Below, piece after piece: positions 28,615-41,234 of a stretch of DNA of 64,000 bases. The number at the start of each line of letters is the position of its first letter. Positions within the stretch are counted from its first letter, which is position 1. The notes under the pieces are model-generated. The model made no database searches, was not told the origin of the DNA, and saw only the letters and a program-made list of their open reading frames with translations. Source of the stretch: Eledone cirrhosa (taxonomy: Eukaryota); contig OZ024740.1 in NCBI GenBank assembly GCA_964016885.1, positions 205,840,001 through 205,904,000 of the forward strand. Direction: 5' to 3'. Position numbers and translations under genes: made by a program.

Positions 28615-31022
28615 CATCATCATCCTTTTATGTCCGCTTTTCCCTGCTTGCAAAGGTGGGATGGGTCTTATTCAGCACAGCATCTCTCCACTTGTTACGG
28701 TCCTTCGTCATCTCCACCGTGAGCTTCAGCGATCTGAGGTCTGTTCTCACCACCTCCACCCATGTTTTCCGTGGTCTACCTCTACCACATCTTCCTTCAA
28801 CTGGCATTTCCTGGCACGTCTTCACCCATCGGCCATCCTCTGCTATAAGAACCAGATCGTCAGCCAGTCTTAAATTCCTGTTATGGCTTGGAGGACTTTA
28901 ATGAACAAGAGCGGGCTGAGGACCGAACCTTGATGTACTCCTACTTGTATCTGGAATTCCTCACTAAACTCCATTCCTACCCTGACTTTACTGACAGTAC
29001 CTCTGTACAAAGTTTGCACTGTCCTCACAAGCCATTCCTCAACACCTAGCTTCCTTAGGGACCACCAGATGACAGATCGGGGTACCCTATCAAAGGCCTT
29101 CTCTAGGTCAACAAAGGCTAAGTATAGTGGCTTATTTTTCTCTAAGATCCTCTCTTGCATTTGTCTCAACAAGAAGAGGGCATCTGTTGTACTCTTCCCA
29201 GGAACAAAACCAAACTGCATCTCATCTAGTTTGACCCTTTCACTAATTAGTTGTGTTAATATCCTTTCTGCCACTTTCATAACCTGATCTATCAGTTTTA
29301 TACCCTTATAATTGCTCCTCTCCAGAGCATCCCCTTTACCTTTGTAGCAATTTATGAGAATACTGCTACACCAGTCTTTGGGTATGACACCACCATATCT
29401 AGCCTGATTGATGATGCGTGCAACCAGTTTAGTGCCTACGTCCCCTGATGCCTTCAGCATCTCAGCAACTATCTCCGATGGTCCAGCACCCTTACCATTT
29501 TTCATTTCCTTAATCGCCTCTTGGACCCTATATTCGTCAATCTCAATAGCTGGTCCCTCTGTCAGATCTACTGAGGGTAATTTCTCTCTCTCCCATTTGT
29601 TCTCCACATTCATCAGTCTTTCATAATGACATTTCCAGGCCTCCTTTTTCTGATCATTCGGGACACTAAGTACACTGGCATCATTCTGGACACATTTATC
29701 TCCAACAACATCCTGATTTGCATTGACACACTGCCTTGCAATGTGGAACACCGCACGCCTCTGATCTTCCTGTTGCAAAACATTGGCAAACCTCCTACTC
29801 TCAGCCTCCCTGCGTGCTAAGTACACCTGACGTCTAGCTTCTCTCTTAGCGGCTGTATATCCTTCCCTACTCCCACCCTTTTTCCAAGCCTTCCATACTA
29901 GTCTTTTGTCTCTAATGGCCATATCTACTGTGCTGTTCCACCACCAGGTCACTCTCTGTCTGGTTGGAGCTCTGCTCCAGCCACAAGTTTCATCAGTAGC
30001 CTGCAGTAAGTTGTCACGTGAGAAATTCCAGTTATTATCTATGCCATACGTCTCTAAATCGTCTTCTTTTTCGTCATACACATCTTCAAGGGCTTTCCTA
30101 AATTTGTATTTTAGTGAAAGGTCTTTTAGCTTCCAGACCTTTCTTCTCCACACCTTCCTGTATGTCTCATTTCATCTCTTGCTTACTGAGATATCACTAA
30201 CGACTAACCTATGCTGTGGGGTACATTCTTCCGCAGAGTATGCCTTGGTATTAGACACTATTTGCTTGTCCTGCTGCCTAACTAGTAAGAAGTCAATCTG
30301 GCTTATGTGCTCGCCAGATTTGTAGGTTATCAATGTGCTTGCATTACAATATTCAAGAAGTCTCACTCCTTCATTTCTTGAACCGTAACCGTGCCCACCA
30401 TGTACCCCAGTGTAACCATCCTGGAGCTGTCCAACATAACCATTGAAGTCCCCTGCTAGCATAACGATGTCTCCATCCTCTGTCATTGCGGCTGTTTGTA
30501 AAAGTTGCTCGTAAAAGCAGTCTTTCTCTTCTTTGGCTAGGCCTGCTTGGGGAGCATAGGCAGAGATGATTGTCAGTAGTCTCCTGCCTACAACTAATCT
30601 AAGCTTAATTATTTGATTACTAACTCGAACTACCTCTATTGTCTTATTGATCCATCTCTCAGCCAGGAAAATGCCTACCCCCCCTAACCCATCATCCTTA
30701 CCTACCCAGAAAAGCTTATAGCTAAGATGTTTGCCCATGACTAGTCTCGCAGAGGCACCTCCCCATCTCACCTCTTGCACGCAGCACACATCCACATGCC
30801 TTCTCTCCAGCATCTCTGCTATTTCAGCAGATCTACCTCTGAGAGTGCCAACATTAAGTGTTGCAACTCTGAGATGCGACGTCTTCATATTTTGTTGTTC
30901 CTATATACTTGTTGCTGTGCTGATAATCGTTTTGGCATTGATACACTGGTTGGATGCCCTTCCTAACACCAGCGCCACTTTACAGCATGGACTGGGTGCT
31001 TTTATTTGTGCCACCAGCACTA
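28615..31022 (-). mobile_element. RTE LINE (APE endonuclease + RT) with internal deletions, in the last PPM1K intron
   Basis: ORFs 30172-30888 (VATLNVGT, VQEVRW, SAYAPQ, QIDF) and 28870-30153 (FVDLEKAFD, GVHQGSVLSP); 3' tail; closely similar to 61167-64000. Confidence 0.95.
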
Positions 31023-31505
31023 GAGAGGATGTCTTACTAGACTCAAGGGCCCTCTCTACCCCTCCATTTTACTTATGTCCATTTCTGTGCTATATGGTGC
31101 CATGATAAAACGCATCCAGCCCACTCTGAGCACACAAAATCCACTCTGTAAAGTGGTAGTTCTAGTGCCATGATAAAATGCATCCATCCCACTATGTGAA
31201 GTGGTAGTGCAGGGGCCATGAGGAAACACACCAAGACCACTCTCTAAGTGGTAGTGTTAGTGCCAAGATAAAATACACCAAATCCACTCTGTAAAGTGGC
31301 AGTGCTGGAGTCATGATAAAATGCATCTAGTACAACTTCTAAGGTGGTTGGTGTTAGGAAGGACACTGAACTGTAGAAACCATGTCAAATATGAAGCGTA
31401 ATGAGCGAGAGGAGGTTGCTCTGACACATCTGGTCTCAGACGGTGACAGCCAGTCCAACTCATGCCACTGGAGAAGTGAACATAAAATGATAATATATAT
31501 ATATA

Positions 31506-31605
31506 CAGGGTGTCCCCAAAAAATGAATACATACTTTCATTACCTGTACAAGCAATATTTATTAGAATGTTGTTGAAGTGTGTATACAATTTTTAGGACA
31601 TCCTG
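31506..31605. mobile_element. Tc1/mariner-type MITE; second copy ~50478-50550
   Basis: TA-CAGGGTGTCCCCAAAA ... TTTTAGGACATCCTG-TA. Confidence 0.75.
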
Positions 31606-32739
31606 TATATATATATGTATATATTTATATATTATCGGAGAATGCTAAATAAATTTGGTGAATCAGACAAGATAATTCTATTTTCTGCAAAGATATTATT
31701 GTTAATGATACTTTCAATAAAACTTTATGCCTGATCAATGGAGACAACCTTCTTAATTAAGCCCTGACAATTTTCTCCAACGAATTTATATTTTAACATC
31801 CACTACATAGCCAAGAAATAATTAAAAGCAATGGTTGTGTTCCAGCATGGTCTCAGTTCATTGGCTTAGAAAAGGTAAAAAAGTAAATGGCAACTTCTGT
31901 AATATTTCAACACAGAGATACAAATACATTAAATGTGATCCTATAAATCATCTGTATGTATACAACAACATATTAAATATATAACAGGTGTTCTAAGGCC
32001 ATTTCCCCTGCTAAAGCAGCAGTTAACCATATGGGCCCTATAACTTCCTATCTTCTCATACCATCCTCATATCTGAGGGTCAGGAGTCATGGACTTACGG
32101 AGCAGCACTCTCCATTTTTTCCTATCTCTTGCCATTGCCATACTTTCCGCCAAACCCCTTCCTGTCCATTCTTTAATCTCATCTGTCCATCTCATTTTCT
32201 GTCATCCCCTAGCCCTCTTCCCCAGTATTCGTTCCTCAAGGATGAGAGTAGTCAAATTTTGGGCCCTGATGACATGACCAAAATACTGAAGTTTCCTTTT
32301 CCTTACTGTTTCAACCAGCTGTCAGTTGGCACCAATCCCTTGCAGTACAGATTCATTTGTTCTGTGACCTGTCCAGGTAATTCTATAACTAGCTTCTCCA
32401 TTTTGCCTTATCCTCCCTTCATCCAACACCTGGCTTTCATTTCCTTCTCCCACATCTTTGGCCATGAATCTATTGGTCTTCCTTTTCCTCTAATTCATTC
32501 TACATTCATTTCCATTACTCCTCTCACCTATGAAAATGGTTCAGTGGCTGAGTAGAGTATCACAGAGGGAGAGACAAAGACAAATAATGAATTGCAGAAG
32601 ATGATAGCCATAGAGCCAGTGATTAATGTTGTGTAGAGAAATGGAATGAGATGGCTGGGCCAAGTGTTGAGGTGAGAGGAATATAGTCAGTGACTAATGT
32701 TGAGAAAAGAAATGGAATGAGATTGTTAGCTCATGTGTT

Positions 32740-33830
32740 GAGGAAAGATGAAGGTGACTGGGTGTGAGGGTGGTGGGAATAGAGTCAGTGATGAATGTTA
32801 TAAATGAGATGGTTTGGTCATGTGTTGAGGAAAGATGAAGGTGACTGGGTGTGAGGGTGGTGGGAATAGAGTCAGTGATGAATGTTATAAATGAGATGGT
32901 TTGGTCATGTGTTGAGGAAGGATGAAAGTAACTGGGTGAGAGGGGTGGTGGGAACAGAGCCAGTGATGATTGTTATGAATGAGATGGTTTGGTCATGTGT
33001 TGAGGAAGGATGAAAGTAACTGGGTGAGAGGGGTGGTGGGAATAGAAGCCAGTGATGATTGTTATGAATGAGATGGTTTGGTCATGTGTTGAGGAAAGAT
33101 GAAGGTGACTGGGTGAGAGGGCTAGTGGGAATAGAAGCCAGTGATGATTGTTATGAATGAGATGGTTTGGTCAGGTGTTGAGGAAAGATGAAGGTGACTG
33201 GGTGAGAGGGGTGGTGGGAATAGAAGCCAGTGATGATTGTTATGAATGAGATGGTTTGGTCATGTGTTGAGGAAAGATGAAGGTGACTGGGTGAGAGGGC
33301 TAGTGGGAATAGAAGCCAGTGATGATTGTTATGAATGAGATGGTTTGGTCATGTGTTGAGGAAAGATGAAGGTGACTGGGTGAGAGGGGTGGTGGGAATA
33401 GAAGCCAGTGATGATTGTTATGAATGAGATGGTTTGGTCATGTGTTGAGGAAAGATGAAGGTGACTGGGTGAGAGGGCTAGTGGGAATAGAAGCCAGTGA
33501 TGATTGTTATGAATGAGATGGTTTGGTCATGTGTTGAGGAAAGATGAAGGTGACTGGGTGAGAGGGGTGGTGGGAATAGAAGCCAATGATGATTGTTATG
33601 AGATGGTTTGGTCATGTGTTGAGGAAAGATGGTGACTGGGTGAGAGGGCTAGTGGGAATAGAAGCCAGTGATGATTGTTATGAATGAGATGGTTTGGTCA
33701 TGTGTTGAGGAAAGATGAAGGTGACTGGGTGAGAGGGCTAGTGGGAATAGAAGCCAGTGATGATTGTTATGAATGAGATGGTTTGGTCATGTGTTGAGGA
33801 AAGATGAAGGTGATTGGGTAATGGGAATGA
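32740..33830 (+). repeat. 87-89-bp minisatellite (~12 units) derived from RTE ORF sequence
   Basis: GGTTTGGTCA recurs at 32811, 32898, 32986, 33075...; unit reads MRWFGHVLRKDEGDWVR. Confidence 0.9.
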
Positions 33831-35036
33831 GCCAATGATGAATGTTGTGAAGAGAAATTTAATGAGATAGCTGAGTTGAGGAAGGATGAAGGTGATTGGG
33901 TGATGGAAATGGCACCAATGATATATATTGTGAAGGAAAAGATTATAAAAAGAGTTAGCTGTGTAGTCCTTCAGGTACCAAAGAACCTGCAGCCAGATTA
34001 ATCTAGAATCTCATAATTATTCTTTCTATAAGAATCTTCTGAACATTTTAATTTGTAGAGAATATTTCCTTATTCCTGTTTAATAACTAAACTACTTAAC
34101 ATGTTATAACTTAATCTTGTTTGATAACATTAAACATCATCCTTATCATTTTTATATCCACTTTCTTATTTGACATGGGTTAGTAATTTGTCACATTCTG
34201 AGTCCAGATAGCAAGATAGGTCATGTGATCAAGCAGAGAAAAGCGGACATAAAATGATGATGATGATGATGATGATTTTTGGCTGAATGTTGACACATGT
34301 TAAACTTCACAAAGGAGATGACAAAAAACAAAACAAATGCAACAAATGTCAAAACACTGTTTTGGAGAAGACTGGTTAAACTCGTATAAGTATGGAAAAA
34401 AACAAGCATAAGATGATAATGTATATATGTTTACATTTGTCTGTATTTTTCCTGTATATTTTCTGTAATTTAGTAGTTTGAAAAATAGAGATTGATAAAA
34501 TAAAGTACCGGGCTTTTAAAAAATAAGTACAATGGTCTAATGATAGAAAAGAATAAAAGAATATAGGTACAAGATACAAGAATAAATTTGAAATTAAACT
34601 TAAAAGCCTTGAACAATGCAATTTAATTACTTTAAAGAGGACTAATCTGATTGAAACTTCAGCCTTGAAAATGAATAAAATCCAGGTTTTTTTAAAAAAT
34701 AAAACATTGTTCTAGTCCAGGGCTGGATTTAATGGGGCGCAAAGGGGGAAAATGCCCCAGGACGCCTGTAATTGGGGCCCCACCAGCGACGACTGTAGCA
34801 ATTTATTTGTGCTCTCAGTTGGGCTTTTTAGTTTTAGGATGGTTAGAATTTTTGAATTTAATACTTGTATGTATAACTTTTCAATTCCAATTACTTGTGC
34901 CAAGTTAACTTTGATATGTAAAATTGGGGGGTTTGAAAAGTAAATCTTCAGATTTACACATGAGAAAAAATAAGATACAAGAAATGAAAGTATTCCATCT
35001 CTAACACAGCTCAAAGATGAAATAAGTATAACATAC

Positions 35037-35350
35037 CTCCATTGAATGAATATCAGGTTTAGCAGTAACTCCATATGGTTTCAGATCCAAATCACCAATA
35101 CTCCTAGTCATAGCTAAACGACCATTCACATGTGATCGTCCTAAACTGTTCAAGGAAATGAAACCACCACACTTTTTTATACGAGAAGCTTCTTCCTCAA
35201 CTTCTGGGTCATGATCTTGGGTAAGACGAAGGGCTTTTCCTTGTCGACATAAAATAGCACAACTATCACCAACATGTCCTATCACTAACTCAACACTGTT
35301 TTTCAGTAAACAGACAGTTGCTGTTGTCCCACAATGGAAATTTGAAGAAT
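35037..35350 (-). CDS. PPM1K: PPM1K middle coding exon ([36 protein letters not shown])
   Basis: Acceptor cctacag at 35352-35351, donor GAG|gtatgt at 35036; phase 1 in, phase 0 out; joins both neighbours in frame. Confidence 0.95.
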
Positions 35351-35984
35351 CTGTAGGAATACATTAAATCAAAATAAATAATACTTGTGAAATTCAAGAA
35401 AAACTGAGTCTATAAAGAATACCAAAGTATTACACTACTAACAATCATGGAAACTTAATATAATCATAATTTATACCAGAAAACAAGTATTTTAAAGCAA
35501 TTTTCCCTGCCACAGATGCCATGATAGGCTTTATATTCATCATGGAGTCCTTTTTCAGGTAATGTTTTATGGATAGATGCCCTTCCTGTTTCAAACCCTT
35601 TCATCTGCCTCTTACAACATGCAAGGATACAGTGGACCTATTCTATACTGGATAATTGATTAGCAATTGAACAGAGACAATATAGATAGTGTGAACTCTT
35701 CAGTCTTGCTGAGTGCTGGTGCCATGATAGATTGCACCCAGTACACTCTGTAAAGTGTTAGTTCTGGTGCTACAATAAAATGCATTCAGTACATTCTATA
35801 AAATGGCTGGAATTAGGAAAAACTGTAGAAACTATGCCAAATATGAAATATATAAGTAAAGAGTGATTCTCTGATGAGTCAAGTCTCAGAGTGTAATGAC
35901 CTGTTCAACTCATGCCAATATGGAAAATGCAATAAAATGAAGATGATAATGATGATACACATCTAATTTTAATTTATATCTTTA

Positions 35985-36677
35985 CTAGCTGAGGTATCCA
36001 ACTTCACCCGGGAGAATAGTTAACAGAAGACGGATAAAAGAGAAAATGACTGTATTGGATGTGTTGTCTGATTTACAGTAAAAGAAAGATGTTTATAAAA
36101 GAAAGATGTTTATTGGTTGGTTGGTTGAATCACATGAAAACTACACACACACACATAAATACATATACACAGATCTAAAGAGAGAGAGAGAGACACACAC
36201 AGTGGAAGAAGCAGAGAGATAGGCCGGTATACAGAGAGAGATACAATTAAAGTGTTAGATATTCAGTGAGCGAGAGAGGGAGTGATAAGAATTGTTACCG
36301 TAATGTGTGTGTGTGTGTGAGAGAGACATAAAAAAAAAAAATCATAAAACTTCCTTATTAGGCTGGGGGAGTAAACTGCCGATTAAATGGTAGCATTGGC
36401 CTTGGATTTTAAATATTGTGAAATAACCATAGTCAGCATGATCTTTTTCAGCTCCAAAAGACGTCATCTGAAACACAGCAATATACCGCATAACATTGCT
36501 TCTGAAGTGTTGCTTTGTTAGTACGGTCAGTAAGCAGTATATGGATAAATGCTGGAGGGTAGATTAATTTCAAATAGTATAAATTTTTCTTTTTTTCTGT
36601 AAAACAAAAGACTGTAAAATGACTTTATAAAAGCTAATACAATATTGTTAAACCTTCAACTGATACTTTTGTGGGAC
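35985..36677 (-). mobile_element. Older Helitron-like segment with a 3' end at 35985
   Basis: Minus strand CCCGGGTGAAGTTGGATACCTCAG-CTAG|T. Confidence 0.55.
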
Positions 36678-36870
36678 ATCACTCCCTCTCTCGCTCACTG
36701 AATATCTAACACTTTAATTGTATCTCTCTCTGTATACCGGCCTATCTCTCTGCTTCTTCCACTGTGTGTGTCTCTCTCTCTCTCTTTAGATCTGTGCATA
36801 TGTATTTATGTGTGTGTGTGTAGTTTTCATGTGATTCAACCAACCAACCAATAAACATCTTTCTTTTATA
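36094..36870. repeat. 193-bp near-identical inverted repeat (36094-36286 / 36678-36870)
   Basis: Reverse-complement match with one mismatch seen. Confidence 0.95.
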
Positions 36871-36875
36871 TTATA

Positions 36876-38200
36876 CTAGCATTAAAGCCCGGTGTTGCTC
36901 GGGGTCAGTAAGTTACCAAAGTTAGGTTGCACCACCCATTTTATGGCAGCACTTTTTTGTCTGCCAGGCACTGGGTGAATGAATTGCAGACCTGGACTGC
37001 CGAAGCAGGAACTGCGCCAGCAGTGACAATTGTAGTTTCGCCTATGGATATTATCTTTGTGCAAAGAAGTGTTGAAATTTATTGTTTCACAGTACTTGCG
37101 CAACACGTGCGTAGACGATGCCAGCCAAACAACTGAGCTGCGATGGAGTTGTACTGCATGGTTGTCTAATGTGTTTTCTAAATTTAAGACAGTAGGTAGG
37201 GTGTGATATGGGGGAGATTTAGCTGCTGTTTCTAGCAGGTTTAGTGACCTCATAGAGGATATGTTTTCTAAATTTAAGACAGTAGGGAGTGGTGTGATAT
37301 GGGGGAGAGTTTGCTGCTGTTTCTAGCAGGTTTAGTGACCTCATAGAGGATATATTTTCTAAATTTAAGACAGTAGGGAGGGGTGTGATATGGGGGAGAG
37401 TTAGCTGCTGTTTCTAGCAGGTTTAGTGACCTCATAGAGGATATTATTGTGTATAGTAAATGAACTGATACTTCTTTCTTCCACATTCGTTGATAGATGT
37501 TTTAAAAAAGATTTATCGCTATTTTTTTTGTTGTTGAGTAAATTTATCTGTTACTTTTGAATAATTGTTGTTTTGTATGAAATGTAATAAGTTCTCTTTG
37601 TCATTGAAGTAAATAAATGTTTGACCGTTCCACACTCACAAACAAACGTTCTCTCTCTCTCCCTCTCACTCTCTCTCTTAAAGTTTGTAAGTTTAATCAT
37701 ATATAAGAGAAAGTTGCAGCATGTATGTAGTTTTATCGAATTTTAAGGGGAGTAGAGAGAGAGGTTATCAGATTGTATTAGAGGGGTAAAGCGTCATGTA
37801 TTTAGTTTTATCGATTATTTCCGTAATTGTGGGTGAGTTTGACTGAAATAAATAGTCGTTGACCTAAGGTAGACCATTTACAACATTCTTACAGACTTTG
37901 AGTCGAATCGGTTTGAAATTGTGCAAATGTATAAACATGGAACATGCACACTCACAACAACAACAATCTGCCTTTTATAGATAATTGTTTCTACTTTTGG
38001 CACAAGGCCAGCAATTACCCAGTACATTACTGGTACTTTATTTTTTCGACCCCGTAAGGATGAAAGGCAAAGTTAACCTCGGCAGGATTTGAACTCAGAA
38101 TGATAAGGGCCGTAACTCTATGCGTCAAAGCATGGCGTCCGACCCTCTACCAATACTGCCAATCCACCGATACACTGCCTTTTATAGATAATGATATAGA
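36876..38200 (-). mobile_element. Non-autonomous Helitron containing a ~91-bp x3 tandem and a nested SINE
   Basis: 5' A|TCTATATC at 38200; hairpin CCCGAGCAACACCGGG and CTAG|T at 36876. Confidence 0.8.
37986..38174 (-). mobile_element. Full-length tRNA-derived SINE nested in the Helitron
   Basis: 18-bp TSD CTGCCTTTTATAGATAAT (37968-37985 / 38175-38192). Confidence 0.9.
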
Positions 38201-38427
38201 TTACATCATGGGATTTATTACAACAGGTGTCATTTACCATAGCTTCAGGTCAACTCAAGCCATGTCCTTTAAATTAGGTAGATGGAATGTCTGGAATTCC
38301 ATCGGTACACTGTACCTGTAATTCAAAGGACAAACCTGAGAATTACTTAAGGGTAGATGTGTTTGGGAATGCTCAGCCACTTGCATGTTAATTTCACAAG
38401 AAGACTGTGCCATTGATGGAACAACCA

Positions 38428-41123
38428 TCCCGTATGAGCAAGGCTGACCATGCCTTGCTCATACGGGAACTGATTCTGGCTTGATTTCTACAGCTGGATG
38501 CCCTTCCTAACACCAACCTCATTTACAGTGAGTGGTGGGTGCTTTTTTCCGTGGCACCTACATGTCCACTTTACAGTGTGGGCTGGGTGCTTTTTTGCCG
38601 TGGCACCTCCACGACCACTTTGCAGTGGGAGGGTGTGGGGGCATATTATCTATATGCTTCAGCTTTGGCTTGTACCCAGGGGGGGGGGGGGGGGGGTCGG
38701 GTCTTCTGTATTACTGTGTGACACCACAGATCACGGTCGTGTGTCATCGCTTTTGGGAGGTGTAATTGGGTAAGGTCGGCTTTTATCACCTCATCCCAGG
38801 TCTTCTTGGGTCTCCCCACTCCACGGTTTCCATTGACTTCTAGTGCTCTCCACCTTTTTAAGCAGCTATCATCCTTCATACGCATCACATATCCATACCA
38901 ACGCAACCTCCTCTCCTGCACACAGCATTTGATTCCTCTTATGCTCAGTCTCTCTCCCAATTCATTTATGCTTTGCTGTTCGCGTATATTACTATTACAC
39001 ATCCATCGGAGCATGCAGGCTTCGTTTCTTTCTAATCTACGCAAGTCTTCCACCTTCAGCGCCCAGGTCTCACTACCATGTAACATTGTTGTTCGTATAC
39101 ACACATCATACAGTCTGCCTTTCATTTTGAAGGAAAAACCTTTTGCAGCTAGCAGTGGCAGTAGCTCCCTGAACTTCTTCCATCCTGTTCTTACCCTAGT
39201 TATTGTATTTTCCGAACACCCACCTCTGCTGCTAATTCAGTCACCTAGGTAGCAGAAGCTGTCTACTGTTTCTACAGAGCCCTCCCAGAGCTTGGTGGTA
39301 CTTGTTTCCTGTGGCTGTTTGCTGCTTGCTGTCCTAGCACAGCTGCTACATGTGAAGCCTACATCCTTAGTTAAGCTTCCTGAGATCCTGCTACATCTCT
39401 TGTGTACCCATTGTTTGCATTTGGGGAAGAGAATGGAGTTCCTACCTACACCTTTCCTACATACTGAGCAAGGCCATTTCCGTGAGGGGATCTGGGTTCT
39501 GTTTTCTCGTCTACTTACAAGGACCTTAGTCTTTGTCAGGTTGACTTTGAGACCCTTTCTTTCTAGCCCCTGCTTCCAAGTTTGGAATTTCTTCTTTAGT
39601 TCTACCATAGATTCAGCTATAAGTGCGAGGTCATCTGCATACAGGAGTTCCCATGGGCATCCGGTCTTAAACTCCTCCGTTATTGCCTGTAGGACTATGA
39701 TGAACAGGAGAGAGCTAAGAACAGAGCCCTGGTCGACACTGACCTATATGCTAAATTCCTCGCTATAGTCATTGCTAATCCTAACTTTGCTGACTGCTCC
39801 CCTATACATGGCTTGTACAGCTTTCACAAGCCATTCATCTACTCCTAGTTTTCTAAGAGCCCACCAGATTATAGCACGGGGAACTCTGTCAAAGGCTTTC
39901 TCAAGATCGACGAATGCCAGGTAGAGAGGCTTACTTTTAGCTAGGTACTTTTCCTGTAACTGCCTCACAAGGAAGAGGGCATCAGTGGTGCCTCTTCCTG
40001 GCACAAACCCAAATTGCATCTCATCTAGTTTCACCCGGTCCCTAATCAATTGTGCTATAACTCTTTGTTACTTTCATGACCTGGTCCATCAGCTTTATAC
40101 CTCTATAGTTTCCTCTATCTAGTGCATCACCTTTACCTTTGTAGCAATTGACAATGATTCTACTGCACCAATCCTTTGGTATGACACCTTCTAGTATTAC
40201 CTGGTTAACAATACGTGTGGTTATGGTATGACCTACCGATCCAGATGCCTTCAGCATCTCGGCAGCTATACCCGATGGACCGGTTGCCTTCCCCGTCTTC
40301 ATATCCTTAATTGCCTTACTTACTACGCTGCTGCTGACTTGTACTGCTGGCCCCTCTATAGAGTCTACTTGGGGTAGGGTCTCCTCATTTAGTAATCTAT
40401 CATAATGGTTCTTCCACGCATCTTTCTTCTCAGCACTTGTGAGGGCAAGCTCACCTTTATCATTCTGGATACACTTCTCTCCAATGACATCACAATTCTC
40501 TCTGACACACTGCCTCACAATCTTGAACACCTCCTGTTTCTGGTCCTCACGTTGCAAAACATACTTGAATTTTCTATCCTCTGCTTCCCTCCTAGCTAAG
40601 TATACTTGTCGCCTAGCTTCCTTCTTAGTCTCTATGTAATGTACCCTGCTTTCCCCGTTCTTCCATTCTTTCCATGCCTGTCTCTTGGCCTTAACTGCCT
40701 CATCTACCTAATTGTTCCACTACCAAGTCACTCTCCTCCTGCCTGTGGTCTTACTCCAGCCACAGATCTCATCCGTCGCCTTTAGTAAGTTATTTTTTAT
40801 GAACTCCCAGTGCTCTTCTACATTGAATGTCTCTATGTTCTTCTTTACTGTCATAGGCGTTGAGTAAAATATCTTTAAATCTGTTACTGGCTGAGGGATC
40901 TTTCAGCTTCCAGACCTTTCTTCTCCAGGTTCATCTAGTTCTGACCGTGAGGTCGCTGATAACTAGGCTATGTTGGGAGGTACATTCCTCATTAGGGAAG
41001 GCTTTTGTGTTTACGACCGTCCATCTGTCACGTCCTCTGATGAGGATAAAATCTATCTGACTAGAACGCTCCCCTGATCTATAGGTGATCAGATGGTTGT
41101 CGGGTTTTTTTGAAGTTTGTGTT
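38428..41123 (-). mobile_element. 5'-truncated RTE LINE (RT, Cys-rich region, C-terminus, long 3'UTR), frameshifted
   Basis: ORF pieces 40042-40557, 39744-40049 (FVDLEKAFD), 39237-39608, 38646-39125. Confidence 0.95.
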
Positions 41124-41234
41124 ATATATATATATATATATATATATAAATGATGCTGATAAACCTTCCATCATAATTTTATGTAAGAACCTTTGTTAAG
41201 TTATGCTTCAAACATCAGCTTAATAATGAGAAAA

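Noticed and set aside
32740-33830. CRISPR-like array
   Set aside because: No unique spacers and a eukaryotic context; it is a plain tandem repeat
37160-37445. Hammerhead in the ~91-bp tandem (minus strand CTATGAGG...GAAAC)
   Set aside because: Core is not CUGANGA and stems do not close; resembles the dispersed repeat at ~42950-43060
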